Positions 39,879-51,222 of a stretch of DNA of 64,000 nucleotides are shown piece after piece. This DNA comes from Chlorokybus atmophyticus. Taxonomy: Eukaryota; Plantae; Mesostigma and Chlorokybus algae. Below the pieces are notes generated by a model. That model did no database searches and had not been told where the DNA came from. It saw only the letters and a list, made by a program, of their open reading frames with translations. The stretch covers positions 676,310 through 740,309 of the forward strand of contig RHPI01001737.1 of the NCBI GenBank assembly GCA_009103225.1. The letters are read 5' to 3'. Positions within the stretch are counted from its first letter, which is position 1, and each line of letters begins with the position of its first letter. A program made the translations under genes and the position numbers.

Positions 39879-41468
39879 CCCCACTGCTCTTGTAGTCTAC
39901 TCACTAGTGTACATAAGGGCCAGTTGTTGGTATGACTGCTGTAGAGTAGTATAGCGAAGTGGGTTGCTTGCACGTACAATCACGTGCGCACAGCTGTCAA
40001 GAGAAGGCGATGGTATTTTTGTGCAAGTAGCCGACTTTGCTGCACACGCACTTATGATAAGTATGTTAATGACTATGACAATTATACAATTATGACAGCA
40101 GGGGACGCAAGAGCCTGTTGTTGGCTACAGTGTGAGCTGTGGGGAAGGAATTAGTGCATTCTCGATTTAGCACATGTGGGCTGACTGTGCTACCCCAAGC
40201 TCCAGTCAACGGCCTGTATGCTCGATCATCAAAGAATGAGCTGCACTGGGCTTGATTGGTTTTATCGAAATAGCTGCGATCTCTAGTACACCGAACACCG
40301 CAACGAATATAGTTTTCAGACCGTGCTGTGAAATAGTTCAAGTGTGCGTGCACTGTGCCCATCTACAAGGACATACGCCCCATTCCTGTTGTTGTCTGCT
40401 TGTGGTCTGTATGCGTATATCAGTATAGCAAGTCTTCATGTCCCCAAGATTTTCAGCAGGCCAGACTGCAATAGGTTGACGCCTTGTGCGATCATAGCGA
40501 GACAACCGAGACAGCACACATATGCACTAGCACTCCTTATGATCTTGCATCATAACACACAAGAGTTGCGGTAAAGCAAGCTCTAAGAGCGGTTACGATG
40601 CAAATGCAACCATATATGATTAATGAGATAACAACAAGCAAACAACAAGCAAGCAATTTCAATGGGGGCCAAGACAGAGTTCAACGCTAGGACTACAAGT
40701 GAGCTAGCGACCCTCAGGCAGCGACAGGGTGGTTGTGGGTGCAAGGGCATCAAGATGACAAGCGTGGGAACCACCTGCAGAGTGGAGGAGGCAGGCAGAG
40801 GGAGAGGTTAGCCCCGGGCAGAGTAGGTGGCAGCATGCACGATGACGACTTAACGACGCTGACGGCAACTGCTTGGCCCCGCCCCAGCCGCCAGTGCACC
40901 AGGTCTTTAAGGAGCGTGCAGACCTAGCGACCCTCATGGCAAATATGACTAACTGCAACGGCATGCAGCTGGCGGCCAGCTGCTACTGTCCTTAAACTTT
41001 CATAAAACCCACAAACGTCACATCATTGCAACCTCCAGATGCCTGCCCGCGTGTTATGAATAGTTTCAAGGCGATAAGATGGGAGGGGGCAGCGCTATGT
41101 TGTGCAAATTGCGATATTGCGGCCAACTTTGAACAAGTTTTAGCGCATTCACGAACCAGCGTTATCTGGCTGCAATCATGCTCATCTGATGTGCTTGAAT
41201 CGTACACATAGCGCAGTGCACATACAGCACAGGTGACAACCTCTTTAGTCACTGAACCTCCGCAAGGGTTTGGTTAAGAAGCACTCTTCCTGTTTACATG
41301 CGTAGTACATGCCGTGATATCAACCCGTCCAACATCAGTTCCATAGCCGCAGGCTTGCTGTGTCGCATGAGCTGCTCGTTAGCATTGGCACCTGTCCGTC
41401 GTTCCTCTTGGCAAATCCGCCTTCTGTTCGCAGGCATCAATGTGGCAATGCCATAGCCGTAACAACCG

Positions 41469-42058
41469 TTATGAGGACTCCTCCTCAGGCTTAGAAAACA
41501 CCTGCTTCTTGAGCCAGTCAAAGGGCTGCAAAAACGATGGAGCCAGTCAGCCTCAAGTGCACGTGTCCCAACCACCCGGCAGCAGTTTGGTAAACATACG
41601 GTACACATGGCAACAAGATACAGGGAACCGCTACCAGCATTGAACAGTGCTGCTTGCCATTACGGTTCAATCAAACTTATTTTGAGTTTACGCGCTGCTG
41701 CGAACAATACTTGATTGCACAGCTGCAAACAGTAGGTACGAGTCTGCTGCAATCCGCAGTCAGAATAGATTGCTTATGCATTGATCTGGCGCCAGCTAAG
41801 TTCACCAAGTTGTGTTGCGACTGTGGCAAACATGGCAGACACACCATGCAGCCATCATGTATGGGGGAAGAGTCGACGCTTGCATTGCAGACTGACAAGA
41901 ACATCAGCCTCGATGCCCATTGACATTGCAGATGGCGCTGCTTATACCTGAACAAGCCACAAGGCAAAGACGCCGGCTGTGGCTCCCCAGGTGACGGCTG
42001 TCAGGACGTCCCCTCTCTGAACGCGTAGCTTGGACAACAGTCCGCCCTGTGGCGCCAT
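41469..42058 (-). CDS. QCR10: Cytochrome b-c1 complex subunit 10 (55 aa, 2 exons)
   Basis: Exons 42058-41948 and 41525-41469 give MAPQGGLLSKLRVQRGDVLTAVTWGATAGVFALWLVQ|PFDWLKKQVFSKPEEESS*, matching the plant QCR10 pattern WG...A[IL]W[VL]VQPF.W.KK. Confidence 0.9.
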
Positions 42059-42131
42059 CGCCGCCGCCACCGCCACCGCCACCGCCGTCGCAGCAGTAGC
42101 TAACAGCTTACGAACTTTGCCACCCCCACAC

Positions 42132-42140
42132 AAACCCTAA
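42132..42140 (+). promoter_or_regulatory. Telo-box in the divergent QCR10/aquaporin promoter
   Basis: AAACCCTAA in the 338-bp spacer between the two divergent ATGs; a single short motif. Confidence 0.35.
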
Positions 42141-42396
42141 TTCGTCTCACCGCCGATATCGCGCGCAAAAACCGCTTCACTCCTTGAGTTCATCTTCGCC
42201 TTGCCCTACACGGACGAGCAATTACAGCTCGGATATCTATGACAAATGCCTGAAGGCAACATAGAACATCCCTTCATAAACAGATATAACGTCGTCGTCG
42301 CGCCGTGGCTCTGGACTCTAATTGAAATGAATTGGAAAAAAACGTTTCTTGAGGACCTCTGCGGGATTCCTCCCACGTGGCGGCGGCGGTGGCAGC

Positions 42397-44538
42397 ATGG
42401 AGGCGCAGGAGAGGTCTGTGCCGGGGGTGCTTCCCGTCAGCGTTGATGACATGAAACAGGATGGAGGCGACAATGGCGTGCGCTACCGCAAAGGGTGAGT
42501 CTTGCACACTAGATAATGGGTATGACCGCTTCGACGCTGAATGTGCTGTGTGAAACGAGCTGAATGCGCAAGGCTTTTATACTCTGTGAACTTGGAGCAG
42601 CGCTTGTTTCAGATTGCTGTTGCCCATGCGTCTAGTCTCACATTGACAGCCTTGTGCACCTGTCACTAAGTAAAGCACCAATGACTCTTCTGGCAGTGGC
42701 ACTCGCGTTGTCCATCTGGTTGTGTGCTGCACACTGAAATTGCTCAGTATGCATGTCTCTCAGTGTGCGGATGTGTGCATGCATGTTGCACATAGACAGT
42801 GTGCGCGTGTCTCCGTGTGCCGCAGGCGGCCGGTTGTGACGAGGGAGTTTAAGGGGAGTCTTGTGCAGTACCCTCCGGAAGAGAAGGTGGTGGGCAAGTG
42901 GGAGCAGCGCATTCAAAGCCAGGGAGGCAGAATCAGCAAGCTGCTTGTACTCAGCGATCTCGCCCGCCCAGAGGCAAGCAAGCATTGTGTCGGGCTGAAC
43001 TCAATGCAACAGGAACCAGTCATGGAACAGTTGCATCAAATGCATGCATTAGCGAGCCGGTCAGTGAGCGCGTGAATGCACAAGCTATGAGATGAGCAGA
43101 TGAGCGAACGAGCGAGTGAGCGAGTGTGTGCGTGCGCGTGTGCGCGGGTGAACGATTGACTGCACAGATGAATGCTTAACAGTGCAACAAGAGTCAGTGA
43201 TTGGGTCTCTGAACAGACTCACTCTTCGGATTGCTGACTGGTAGCAATCTGATGAAATGCATTTTCTTACCGGTCTATGAACGACTGTACTGCATAGCCT
43301 GTATGCACGGTGAGCTGCAGTTGACCTCTTGAACAGCAATCAAAGCGTTCTGATTGCTCTGTTGCAGGTGTGGAGGGCTGCGATAATTGAGTTGGTTGCT
43401 AGTGCGGGCAACACCTTCGTGAGCACGTCAGCTGTGACCACAATCCGCCAAAATGGCTACACGCCAATTAGCCGCGCGGTCGGCCTCGTGCACTTCCCCA
43501 TCCTCACGCTGTTTATCCTCGCCTCCGCGGCCGCCTCGGGCGGCCACATCAACCCCAGCATCACCGTCAGCACAATGATCGCAGGTCAGTCCTTTTGGTT
43601 GCTGCTTTCACAACAGTAGTACGCGCACACGCACACATATAGACACAGGCATACGCACACACGCGCATGCACACAGGTGCGCACACGCACACAGAGATAC
43701 CATATCACTTACTTTCGTGGATTCACTGAACTCTGAACTCTAAAGCGCTTGCCTTTCAGGGCTTACCACTCCAGCTCGTGCAATGCTGTACGTGCCAGCG
43801 CAGGTCCTCGGGGCCATCCTCGGGGCGTCGCTGCTGAGGGGGATCTTGCCGGTTGCCACGCAGGACGCTTGGCATCTTGGCGCGTGCATGCTGAAGCAAG
43901 CGCTTCCTTTGGGACCGGACGGGGCGCTTCAAGTGGTGGGCCTTAGCACGGGTTCGGGAATCTTGTCGGAAGCCGCCTTCACCTTTATGCTGCTGTTTGT
44001 TGCGTTTGGAGTGGCGCTTGACCCCAAACAGCGTCAGGTTCAGTTCATGTGTGTTTGTCTCATGCGCTGTAGAACAGTTAGGGGTGCAAGTCTTGATGCT
44101 GTGTCGTGGCGTAACAGGTGTTTGGCCCGATTCTTGCGCCGTTCATCATTGGTGCGACTCTCGGGCTGCTGTTGTTCGTGTCTGGAGGACTGCAGCCCGG
44201 GTACACGGGAGCAGGCATGAACCCTGCGAGGTGTTTTGGCCCTGCAGTTGCCATTGGCCATTGGTAAGAACACGTGTCCACATCATGCGCTACATGATGG
44301 CTATACCATGTATGCCAGTTATGTCTTACGCCATAAGCTGATGTGTGTCGTGTTGGACAGGGACAACCAGTGGGTGTATTGGGTCGGTCCTCTCATTGGC
44401 TGCTTCTTGCTCGGCATGCTGTACAGGTTGATTCCTCCGCATCATGTTGTCAAGTACCAACAAGAACAGCAGCAACTGCACAAAAGGATGGCGCCGCTTG
44501 ATGCTAGCCACCCTGCACAGAATGGTGCCAAGGTTTAA
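42397..44538 (+). CDS. Aquaporin (MIP family), XIP-like
   Basis: VWRAAIIELV; SGGHINPS (43551-43559); FGVALDPKQ; PGYTGAGMNPARCFGP (44220-44234); QWVYWVGP; about 6 exons. Confidence 0.9.
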
Positions 44539-47407
44539 ATCTGTGTCCCACGGTATGGATATTGATATTGTGTTATATAAGTACGAGCGCCTGAAATGTT
44601 GTATCCTGTGATCACCCGTCAATAACAATAAGACCAATGGTTTTGGTGTAGATATTATGTATCATTATGCTGCGTGTCTTGATGTGTTGTCTTGAATTGC
44701 GCAATGCAGTGTCGAGATAATAAGGTAAATGCAAGTAAGCTGAGGAATTCGAGTCGGGGCAGGAAGCGTCTATGCTTCAATTGCAAATAGGTAATCAAGT
44801 CGACCGTCTTGACCACATGTGCACAGAAGTTCGCTCTTGTGGACCATGACTTTTAAATGGCAACTTGCACTTGACTATAACTTGCTTGCAAATTGTGCAT
44901 AACCATATGCAAGATGTGTAGGTTATTTCAAGCTTAAATAAATTTTTCAACTCTTGCTGATCGCAAATTGAAAGACTCAACACGCTTTAGCTAACACCCA
45001 AACCGCGCCCCACAATATTATTGTGAAACACATAAATGTAAAAACGTTGTTGAATCAATGTATTCGACCCCCGAGCAAGATGTATGTATATATTCAATCC
45101 ATAGCAAGCATTAGAGTTGCATGAAGCACTCCATTTGTAAGATGTTACATTAAGCACCATGTCAACCATTACAAGCTTGTAATGATTGCTACCTACCTAG
45201 GTGTGTCAGGTGTATAACTTACTACATTCATCACCCAGGAGCTCCAAAATAGCTAGTTTAAGTATAACAGCATTAAGCATCATACAACAAGTGCGTTTAC
45301 ATTGGCAAGGCACAGTTAAGCAATATGTTGTGAGCTTGGTTTAACTCATCTGGATGCATGCATTACACATTGCTAAACTAAACTTGAAAGAATGACGTGA
45401 CTGTATAGCATCACAATCGATTCAACTTGATAGTATGATTTAACTCTTGCACTCGCAAGCAAGTAGGCATGCAGCTATAATTGACATCATGTTAATGGTC
45501 AAACGGTTGTTGGCTAGGCTAGCCAACAGGCATGCTACTGCAATAGCGTAAGCGGCAAAGCTAGCATGCAATTAAGTGACGTGCTTAGCTCGTAAAAAAT
45601 ACGAATTTGTAACACGTATATGCAATTTTATGCAAAAATTGCCACCTCACCCCGTGTTTTCTGCTTCCGCTGTGCTCGGCTCCATGGGTGTGGCCTTCAT
45701 GTGCAAATGCCGACCTCATGTACATATGAAGCAGGGAAAAGAAAACTTATTAAAAGGTTTCGAGTTATGTTATAGCAATTGTGATGTTCTTCAACTCTTG
45801 CAAATTGAAACTCATCTTGCTATTGTTAATGAAATTGCTCGAAGACCCACATACGACTTATACCCAAGAGATGTAACTTAAACTACAATTTAAATCAAAA
45901 AAAACAGTAATCATCGTTAACAGTAATCATCAACAACACTCGATTTTAAAAACTACTTAAGCCAAAAACATATTATCATCCAAAACAGCATGTCATGAAT
46001 ATTGGTGTGTTTCGGGCTTTCAGCAATACAGCCTTCAAATGCCTTCTTGTATGATCATGCACCTGGTACTTGTAGGAATTCTTGATATAATCGCAGGTTC
46101 TTGCTGTCATAAACATGCACATGCAACAACAAAAATGCGTCCCCTTGACGTTGCGCACATGACGGTTAGATATGTCGCGGGCTTTGCTGCCTGAGCACGT
46201 GCTTGTGTCATGTTGACCGATATCGTGGTCCGTCTCGCAATGCAGTCTCAAACGCCGGTTGCATCAACCAGCTTTGCCACATTTGCGCCTTCAAAACGCA
46301 TGCCACTAACCACTTTCCGCACATTTAGCTGGACCATTGACTGCATATCAGCGATATCGAGCAGCAAATCACCAGAAATACCCTCGCCTGAAAACCCTGA
46401 AAAGTTAACAAAACAAATTGAAGGAATTTTGGCGCCGAGCCGCCCGCTGCAGCCGCTGCCGCCGACGACGACAACAACGACGTCGCTGCTGTTGCCGCCG
46501 CTGCACATCTTGGTGGTTGTAGTCATTGTTGTTGTTGCTTGCGGTGGTGGGACAGGCTCTCTGACGCAAGGGCGATGCTGGTGATAGCCTGGGCTTGTTA
46601 GGGTTTTGGCTGGAAAGTTGCTGGAGGCTCAAGCCTGGGCGTAGCTTATAGAGGGCCTTTGGGCATGGGCTTGTAACTAGCAAGCAGGGCTCCGTGCAAG
46701 GTGGTCTAGCTGGCAGGTATGTGTGAGGGGCACCTTCAAAAGGCTGTAAACGTATCATCTCTGTGCTTTAGAGAATGGTCAAGGCCATCACTGTTTGCAT
46801 CGCGTTCTACCTAGTTTGCCAGTTCCTCCACAGCGCCAAGCAGATTAGCCTCGTTAATTATGCATACAAGGTTGATAATGCCTGTGTTTGCTGCTGGTTA
46901 AAGCAAATCGGAATGCTAGCAGTCTTGTGCGATTGGTAAACTGTGCAGCATGGTCCCAGCTTTGAACTCCGTTTTGTTGTGTGTGCCCAGCTGACTAGCT
47001 CAGCTGTGCTCAGAGTACATAGAAGTTATCAAATCATCGCAGTATAGCTTTTGTCGTTGTTTGCCTGTGCACTGCAGATCTGCAATGAGAGTTGTGAGAG
47101 AAAGTGTTGGCCATGGCACAGTAGTGTAATCTCCTGTTGTGCTTTGCCGCTATGCTGTGAGCAGTCCATCTGAGCAAGGAAACGTGTGTCGAGAGTCCAG
47201 CGTGAGTGGTGAGCCAGAACCAGCAATGCCATGGAAGGTGACCGTGCTCGGCGCATGATGTTGCTGGAACGGCTCTCTGGTGGATAGTTACCTCAACCAG
47301 TCAACTTTTGCAACAATGGCTCTCCCAAGGCATAGGGCTCTGTTGCGCATATGACTCGGGTACAGCAACTGTTGTAGCTGGTGTTGAGCTGCCGAAGCGG
47401 CAGCGCG

Positions 47408-50400
47408 ATGCAGGATGTCGCATCAGATGTTGCGACAACAGCTGACCACACCGCACCCAAGCCTCCACCTCCGCCAGCAAATGGCAAGAAGCTGCCTCTC
47501 TACAAGGTTATGGGCTCCGGCCTGCGCACCGGCCCGAAGCTTCTGGACTTGCAGGCCGTCGCACGTGTTGAACAGGAGCCGTCGGAAGCAGAGGTATGCT
47601 GCTGTTGCAACACAGCGTGGGCCTTCTTACTGTTGACTGATGACAATGGTGATCATGGCAATGCTGATGATGATGTTGATGATGTGCTGCAGCTGCGAAG
47701 GGAGAAGCTTGCATACTTTGACAAGCAATGCTCCAAGGTATGTGGCATGACACAGACATGCAGGGTATCTGCAGTGCAAGCACTTGCAAATCAAATTTGT
47801 AATATGGTTAGCACAGTCTGCCTGTAGCGACATACCTGTCTTTTCTCCAGGTCAATGAGTACATTTACCTTGGAAGCGACACGGTGGCGCGCAATCGTGA
47901 CATACTGAGAAGCTACGGCATAACTCATGTTCTAAATTGTGCGGGCCATGTCTGCCCGGACTACTTTCCAAACGAGCTCCGTTACAAAACACTGTGGCTG
48001 CGAGGTATGACCTGATTAAGTAATTTTGATCGGTGCAAATGCAGTGCGTCTACAGCAAGCTTATGCTTGTGCGTGTGGAGCAGATAGTCCTGATGAGGAC
48101 TTGTTTAGCGTCTTGTATGATGTGTTCGACTTTTTGGAGGAGATTAGAGAACAGCGTGGTGCTGTATTGGTGCATTGTTCTCAGGTAAGAGGCGCCAGCC
48201 AGCTTTGTAGCTGACAGATGCTTCAGTGGTTGCTTTGATGCAATATGTATGGCTGGAACTAGTGCACGGACATCAGTTGCAAGATGCCAAGCTCACTCTA
48301 CATTGGCCATGCAGGGTGTCTCTAGGTCTACTTCATTAGTCATTGCGTATTTGATGTGGCGCAATAATGCTAACTACGACGATACCTTCCATTTGGTGAA
48401 GGCGGTGCGAGGTGTTGCGAACCCCAACATGGGTTTTGCTTGCCAGGTGTGCCTACTTGTTTTCTTACACAGTCGCTGTCATTGCTTGAGGTCATACTCC
48501 CTTGCAGAACACCATATCTCCTTCGTTCAGTGTGTGTTGTCCATCTGCCACTCTGCATGAGAAGTGTCAGCTGATGTTTTTTGATCTTTGCAGCTATTGC
48601 AATGGCAAAAGTCTCGATGCACCGTTGAGGCGCCCCGTGTCTTCAGGATCGCCCCGCATTGCCAACACGCCCCGTGCTACCTCGTGCCCAAGGTTGGTGC
48701 CAGCTGCTGCGAGTGCACATCATCATCTTGTTTTTCTTACGTATTGCACTCTGCCAGCAGGTAGTCTCCACCACATGCCTGTCTCTCTTAGACCCTCGCG
48801 GCGCGTTCGTTGTACAGTCCGACGGCTCAGTTCTCGTCTGGAGCGGCTCGCATTGTCCCGAGGTGATCACCGAAGCCGCGCTCGTGAATGCGCAGAGGCT
48901 GATCAAGTACGAGCGCTGCGCGCCTGGACCCCCTTTGGTGACCGCGGCGGGTGCAGAGCCGAGTGCATTCTGGGAGGCGTTTGGTGTGTCAGCAAGCTCG
49001 GCGGAACCACCGCCGCACAGCCACCTGGAACCCGTTCCTGCCTATGATCAGGAATTTGAGACCTTTGCTGTCGCAACGGCACGCGCGTGTGGTGTGGATG
49101 ACAGCGACGCCGTCTCACGCATGTACAGCGAGGCGCACGCCCACTACAACAACAACAGGCCCGACAGCTCCATGGACTACATGGACACCGATAGTGATGA
49201 GACAGACGAGTGGCAAGAGCAACAGAATCAGCAACAAGGGTTGCAGTTGCAGCAGCAAGGGTATGTTGTCGGCAGCATGCACCAACAACAGCAGCAGCCA
49301 AATTCTCTCAGCCTGGACGTGAATGTGTTTTTTGGTAATAATCATCATAACCCGTACACCGAAGGCCCCGTGACCATGCGAGCGATGACATCACCACATT
49401 TGCGTCATGATGAGCCGGGCAGCACGAGCAGCAGCTTGGCTCGCAACTGGTCCTCGCCCATCATTAGCAGCACGGACATGCAGCAGCAGCAGCACATTGC
49501 CGGGCCGTCCTCTCCAAAGGATGAGATGCACAACGACAGCCACTTTGCGCCGTACTCATACTTCAGCTTCGCCGCGCAGCCACACTCGCAGTCGCAGTCG
49601 CAAAGCCAATCGCCTTTGCCTTCGCCCTCCACAATGACAATGTCGTCACTCCCATCGTCGCTGCCGTCATCACCAAGGCTTCCGTTGTCGCCGCTACTGT
49701 CACCATCACAAAACATGTCCGAAGCAGAACATCATGCGAGCTTGTCCACTGCGCGGCCTCTTCATCTGCTGGTTCAGTTCCCAGGTTTTCGCCACGGCTC
49801 GCCGGTGGTGTCTCCAGGCATGCACAGACTGACCTCTCATCAACCATCGCCCTCCTCCCTGGCAGCCATCCGCACTCAAACGTCTCCAGCATTAAGCAGC
49901 TCGCCCACGGCGTCGCCGTACCTCTCGGGTCTGCGCGCGGCAAGTCCCGCATGGGCCTCGCAGGTGTCGCCGAGGGGGTCTCCGTTGGGTCACGCACGCA
50001 CGACCACGCCATTCTCCTTGGGCGGTGCGAGCCTGCGTGCGGCCTCGCCGATTGGCTCACCGCGCACAACATTCTACTCAGGAGCGAAAGGCCTGCACGG
50101 GTCCCCCGGACTGACCCCCGTGGGGTCCCCGGGCATCGGGCAGTTTTCTTCAACACGCGCGCAATCGGCACCACAACCTCCAACCTGTATCGCACAACAA
50201 CACCACCAACAACAACAAACCCCTCAGACAGCCCCGCGGCTGCAGCGTAGCACCGCGACCGCTGTCTCGGTGACGTCCCCTCTGTCCACTCCGTGGCCGC
50301 TAGTGGACCAAGCTACAGGCCTTGCAACTGTAAATAGCTCTAATTGGCAGAGCCCTGTGTATCATCCTCATCAACATCAATCTCACCCTCTCACTCAGAC

Positions 50401-50929
50401 CTCTCTTGCAAGCGCTGCAGAAGAGTTGACTGAGCGACGACAGTACAGTAGCGTCTCACCTGTGGCCAGCAGTCCAGCTGGCGAGGAGACAGCAGCCAAC
50501 AACAGGCAGGGCCCGAAGCTGTTCGAGTACCCGTCCATGCAGGAAGTGGAGTTGTTCGACAGCGACGACTTGAGCGCCGAGTCTGCTTACATCCTCGCTA
50601 CCAGTGAAACGCCTGCGAAAGATGCACCTCAGTTGTACGTGTGGCTCGGCGTTAACTTCGTTGAAAGCAAGGTTGAAAGCCACGGCCGCGGGAAGTTGGC
50701 CGAGTGCGCTTTGATTGGGCAGCGACTGGCTCAGGAATTTTTGAAGCGCACCGGGCGGAACGCCAGCACGAAAGCACAGGTTTGCATGTCTTGCATGTCT
50801 TTGTAGCTGGCATGGCTGTATATGATTATGTCACTGTTATGTCACTGCTATGGAGACTTATGCGTAATGCAGGTTGTACTGGATGGAGATGAACCCGAGG
50901 CTTTCTGGGACTACTTTGTGAATGGTTGA
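47408..50929 (+). CDS. MKP1: MAP kinase phosphatase 1 (dual-specificity phosphatase with gelsolin-like repeats); start uncertain
   Basis: REKLAYFDKQCSKV, ITHVLNC, VLVHCSQ|GVSRSTSLVIAYLMW, NPNMGFACQLLQ, LDPRGAFVV, FDSDDL, LYVWLG, DEPEAFW; follows plant MKP1 architecture. Confidence 0.93.
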
Positions 50930-51222
50930 TGCCGACAAGGACATGAATAGGCTGTATGCAGGCAACAACCTCTTCTTGCTGTTCCATTGCTCATTGTTGT
51001 CAATCATTATGACACTGGGCCATTTGCAACATGGATTACCTTCCATTGCTTGGTAGCCAACATCAACGTTCAAGGGTGCAACTGGCATGGCTTGACAAAG
51101 CATAGCACTTTATGGTATAAATAAATTCAGTTTCATGGGCAGTGGCAAGGTCTTATTGTCTATGGTCGATACACTTTATGATATTGTGGTAAAAAGAAAC
51201 CATTGGGGCCTACAAGCGCTTG

